Below the pieces are notes generated by a model. The model was not told where the DNA came from. It ran no database searches and saw nothing but the letters and a program-made list of their open reading frames with translations. Shown piece by piece: positions 60,267-64,000 of a stretch of 64,000 bases of DNA. The translations under genes and the position numbers were made by a program. Source of the stretch: Sulfurimonas sp. GWF2_37_8 (GTDB taxonomy: Bacteria; Campylobacterota; Campylobacteria; Campylobacterales; Sulfurimonadaceae); contig MIBW01000008.1 in NCBI GenBank assembly GCA_001829625.1, positions 65,455-129,454 on the forward strand, written 5' to 3'. The stretch's first letter is position 1. Every line of letters starts with the position of its first letter.

Positions 60267-62428
60267 TTGTTAGCCTTTTTTCGTAAATATTCAATATAGT
60301 CACGATTATCAATTTCATACACCGTAATTGTCTTTGTCTTATAATATTCGCGGATATTATCATGATTTAACTTATATATTGCAACCCAGCCTTTTATATT
60401 TCCTTGAATATCACCTCTCCATCTATAGTACCACTCTCCAAGTCCTCTATAGGCATTTGCCTGATTTTCTGTAAATATATAAATTTTTTCAGTAGGTACA
60501 GGTAGATATTGATTATATGGTGAGTAATCATTTAAAAAATCTTGAGTATTTATATGATAACCTTTATTTCTAATTTTTGAAAAACTTTGTACATATTCAA
60601 CTCCACTCCAGCTAAAAGGTCTGTTTTCACTATTAATTTTAAGAATTGCTGCAGGAATTGAAGTATATTGGACTAAATTTATATTTTGCCAAAATCTATC
60701 ATCGTTATAAAACTTCGGTAATGCGAGAATAGAAAGAAAAAAGAGAGCATACATAAAAGTAATTATCACGCCTCTCGCATAATTTTTAAAAATTTTAAAG
60801 ATAGGCTGATAAAAAAAATGATAAAAATGAAAAGAAGCTAATAAAGTTAAACCTAAAAATAAATATTCTGCCAATCTTCCTTGTTTTGCAAGAACTATTG
60901 TTCCAGCATGTGGTCCATAGTATGCTATGAATACTCCTAAGGGAAACATTAATATACTAATATTTAAAAACTTTCTTTTCATAAAGATTGTAGAAATCAA
61001 TGCAATAATAAAAAAAACAAAATATGAAAGATGCAAAGCTGTAATATCTACTATTGAAACGGATAGATAACCTGTTTTAAGTGTCTTAGCTAAACCTTTT
61101 GTTCCAATTAACTTATCTAAAAATGGAGCAGCATCACCAACTTCAGGAGGAATTCCATATTTTATCATCGACAAAAGCCACAAACTACCCAAAAATGCAG
61201 CCGCTAAAATTCCAATTAATGCTTTTACAACCAATTTATATTCATATTTTCTTGCTATTGCAGCTACAATAGCAATTAAGACACTAACAACAGCCAGTGT
61301 AATAACGGCACCAGCATGAAAAACAAATATTAAAAATAGTGATAAAATATACACTATTAAAAAAGCATTTGATTTTGTTTGAAAAGTTTTAATTAGAAAG
61401 TAAACATTTAGTAAAACAAATATCGATGAATGTTCATAGGCCAAACCTGTCATATATCTATTGTATGGTTCATACCCTATTTTATGACCATTTATTAATG
61501 TATCCAGTGCACTAGGTACATAAAAATGAAATCCATAAAAATCCCTTGTTTCTGGATAATCAGTAACAACGACTACGCCAAGAATCATATCTGAAATTGG
61601 CGACATAAATACCATTCCAAATAACATAACAGCAAATAAACCTACATATTTTGACCCACTAAATTCTTTGACAACATAATATATTGACAAAAATAAATAT
61701 ATCCATAGAAGAACAGGATAAAGAGTTAATAGCACAACTTGATCAATATTTGTAATTAAATTTACAAAAAATACAATTACTGGCATCCCATAAAAATATG
61801 CACCAAATGTTTTATGATCAGCGTATAAGATATTTTGTTGTAGCGAACCAACCCATTCAATATACTGAGAAGTATCAGAGGAAGGATCAGCATAACTGTA
61901 CATTCCTTTAATCATTAAAATACCAATTATGTAAACGAAAACAACTAGAAAAAGTGTTTTTTGTAAAAAAGTATAAAAAGTCATAGATTTTTGTAATTTA
62001 AAATATTTATTTTTACTATATGCAATAATATTATTTTTTAATATGACAGGATGATCAAGAACGTCAAAAATCCACAATAATATAGATTTTTTTAATTCAG
62101 ACATATATTGAATCGGATCTTCTTTATAATACCATTTCTTAAACGCAAGTTTTGTAAACCATAAAACGATCCCAAATAAAAGGATACTAAAAATTTTCAT
62201 AAGCACCAAGATAGGAATTACTACTTCAATATATGCAATCATGAAAAGAACATTGTAAACAAATTTTTGAACACCGCTCCCAGTATGCTCTTGTGGGAAA
62301 ATTTTCGTCGGTAACCAATAAAATGCAAAATAACCCATCACTAATATCTTTGCAACATACCAGATATTACTCTGATATAATTGAAATAAAAGACTTAAGT
62401 CAATAAAATAATATCCTTGATGGTACAT
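60263..62428 (-). CDS. Polytopic membrane protein (GT-C/polymer-modifying-like, uncertain)
   Basis: Many TM helices with soluble loops; EPS context. Confidence 0.55.
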   Translation of the reverse strand: MYHQGYYFIDLSLLFQLYQSNIWYVAKILVMGYFAFYWLPTKIFPQEHTGSGVQKFVYNVLFMIAYIEVVIPILVLMKIFSILLFGIVLWFTKLAFKKWYYKEDPIQYMSELKKSILLWIFDVLDHPVILKNNIIAYSKNKYFKLQKSMTFYTFLQKTLFLVVFVYIIGILMIKGMYSYADPSSDTSQYIEWVGSLQQNILYADHKTFGAYFYGMPVIVFFVNLITNIDQVVLLTLYPVLLWIYLFLSIYYVVKEFSGSKYVGLFAVMLFGMVFMSPISDMILGVVVVTDYPETRDFYGFHFYVPSALDTLINGHKIGYEPYNRYMTGLAYEHSSIFVLLNVYFLIKTFQTKSNAFLIVYILSLFLIFVFHAGAVITLAVVSVLIAIVAAIARKYEYKLVVKALIGILAAAFLGSLWLLSMIKYGIPPEVGDAAPFLDKLIGTKGLAKTLKTGYLSVSIVDITALHLSYFVFFIIALISTIFMKRKFLNISILMFPLGVFIAYYGPHAGTIVLAKQGRLAEYLFLGLTLLASFHFYHFFYQPIFKIFKNYARGVIITFMYALFFLSILALPKFYNDDRFWQNINLVQYTSIPAAILKINSENRPFSWSGVEYVQSFSKIRNKGYHINTQDFLNDYSPYNQYLPVPTEKIYIFTENQANAYRGLGEWYYRWRGDIQGNIKGWVAIYKLNHDNIREYYKTKTITVYEIDNRDYIEYLRKKANN

Positions 62429-62434
62429 TTTTAC

Positions 62435-63757
62435 TTATCTTTGTTTTATAATAAATTCAACTCTTCTGTTTAATGCTCTTCCATTGTCAGTTAAATTTGT
62501 TGCGATTGGATTACTTTCACCAAGACCCTTTGTTGTAATCATATCTGCAGGTATTCCCATTTTTACAAGTTCTTTTTTGACACTATTGGCTCTTTGGCTT
62601 GACAAATTATCATTATACGAATTCGAGCCAACATTGTCTGTGTGACCTACAACACTTAACTTTATTGATGGTTTTGCTTTCCAATATTCCACTATCGGGT
62701 TTAGGTTTTGGATACTATCTTTCTTTAGCTCGTATGATTTATACTCAAAATTAAGATTATGTAAAGTTATCACTTTGTCTTCCACTACTGCCTCAGATTC
62801 TACCACCATAACTTCGCTAAGGGCTTCTTTAGGCTGTACATTGTACATTCTATTCATTAGATAAAACATCAATTTCCATCTAAGAAGCTCCCCATCATAC
62901 ATTTTGTCTTTAAATTCAAAAGGTCTTAAAAATACGACACCACCTTTTCCATATTGAACAAATGAGACTAATGGTTCATTGTTTTTTGTTGCTAACAAAG
63001 TCATTCCATTAGGCATGAAGTCAGCAGACATAAAATCATTAGTTACTATATCTAAATTTTGGATATCATTAAAATACTCTATATTACTAGTTGTTTCAAA
63101 TGAAATTTTAAGTGGCTCATAATTGATATAATCTACCTTATTCCCAACAGTCATATACGTTTTAACTTCCCTATCAAAAAACTTCAACTCTTTACTTTTA
63201 TCAACAATGTTCTTTACAATTGCTTCATGGTTGATTTCCCCATTTTTCTTGAAAGTATCATATCTAGTTGAATAAATACCACCTTCAACCCATAGTATTC
63301 CACCTTCTCCAATCCACCATTTAAGTATTTCTTGTTCTTTGTTTGATAAATTGTATGTAAAGCCTAAATTTGTAAAAAGATCATTCGATACCCTTTTAAA
63401 TTCATTAGCCCAAGTTGGCAATATATAGACAAAATCTTCCAGATAAGGATTAACTCTCAATTTCCAAAAATCCACATCTTTTACATGTGAAAATTTATAC
63501 CTGTAGTCAATTTTATCATAAAATTGATTTGAGAACTTACCATTAAAATCTACTATAGGTTTATTTGATATAAATGGAAAATCTTCCAATAATTTTCTAC
63601 CATTATTAACATCTTTTAATGCATACTCTGCTGACACATCATAAATTTCAACTGTTTCTGGCGTTAATATACTTTTTTCAAGTACACTCTGCTCTTTACT
63701 AGCACATCCACCAAAAAAACCAATAGCAACAAGTGCAACAAATACATAATTCCTCAA
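62435..63757 (-). CDS. Lipoprotein with C-terminal OmpA peptidoglycan-binding domain
   Basis: Lipobox FGGC; GHTDNVG...NDNLSSQRA...NRRVEF. Confidence 0.88.
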   Translation of the reverse strand: MRNYVFVALVAIGFFGGCASKEQSVLEKSILTPETVEIYDVSAEYALKDVNNGRKLLEDFPFISNKPIVDFNGKFSNQFYDKIDYRYKFSHVKDVDFWKLRVNPYLEDFVYILPTWANEFKRVSNDLFTNLGFTYNLSNKEQEILKWWIGEGGILWVEGGIYSTRYDTFKKNGEINHEAIVKNIVDKSKELKFFDREVKTYMTVGNKVDYINYEPLKISFETTSNIEYFNDIQNLDIVTNDFMSADFMPNGMTLLATKNNEPLVSFVQYGKGGVVFLRPFEFKDKMYDGELLRWKLMFYLMNRMYNVQPKEALSEVMVVESEAVVEDKVITLHNLNFEYKSYELKKDSIQNLNPIVEYWKAKPSIKLSVVGHTDNVGSNSYNDNLSSQRANSVKKELVKMGIPADMITTKGLGESNPIATNLTDNGRALNRRVEFIIKQR

Positions 63758-63767
63758 AACGAACTCC

Positions 63768-64000
63768 TTAAAATGATGAATAGTAATAAAACTCTAGGTC
63801 TTTAAACATTTTCAACGCATACTTAAAACTTACAAACCAAAAAGCTATACTACCTACTAATAAACCCAATACGGCATATTCTAATCCAAAGATTCTGCTG
63901 AAAATTATACCAACTATTATATTAATTATGGCAGCTATAACAATTGAATTTAGTGAAAAACCTTGCCTTGAAAATGAAAACATAAACAATACATTCATTA
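63768..64000 (-). CDS. 3' end of a membrane transporter, PelG-like (truncated by window edge)
   Basis: TM helices ending LEFYYYSSF, resembling the C-termini of PelG-like proteins. Confidence 0.5.
   Translation of the reverse strand, partial: MNVLFMFSFSRQGFSLNSIVIAAIINIIVGIIFSRIFGLEYAVLGLLVGSIAFWFVSFKYALKMFKDLEFYYYSSF

Noticed and set aside
1-64000. tRNA or rRNA genes
   Set aside because: No cloverleaf/T-arm signature or rRNA-like stretch was seen in the intergenic regions by eye; tRNAscan-SE was not run.

Overview
64 kb of a low-GC Campylobacterota chromosome. Gene content and order suggest Sulfurimonas or a relative (inference). Core genes: cbb3 oxidase ccoNOQP plus assembly genes, addB/addA, rplM-rpsI, pyruvate:ferredoxin oxidoreductase porCDAB, AmmeMemoRadiSam cluster, luxS, phoX, tex, PAS/MCP taxis pair, arsB/arsR/arsC, gltX. 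Accessory regions: (1) an ATPase-mcrC-mcrB-2xDUF1016 defence island splitting addB from addA; (2) a 32.9-41.4 kb locus that looks like a disabled diversity-generating retroelement (DGR); (3) an AT-rich Pel-like exopolysaccharide cluster at the right end. The DGR-like locus has two Lcl/DUF1566 target genes whose 3' ends differ almost only at codon positions 1-2 of AAY-type codons, an orphan C-terminus resembling a DGR reverse transcriptase between them, and a third decayed target end. It is bounded by direct repeats and REP-like palindromes and bracketed by HipBA and an unannotated candidate type I toxin-antitoxin module. A NUDIX protein resembling animal NUDT16 and an IS256-like remnant are also present. 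All family calls come from motif recognition by eye; no database searches were run.
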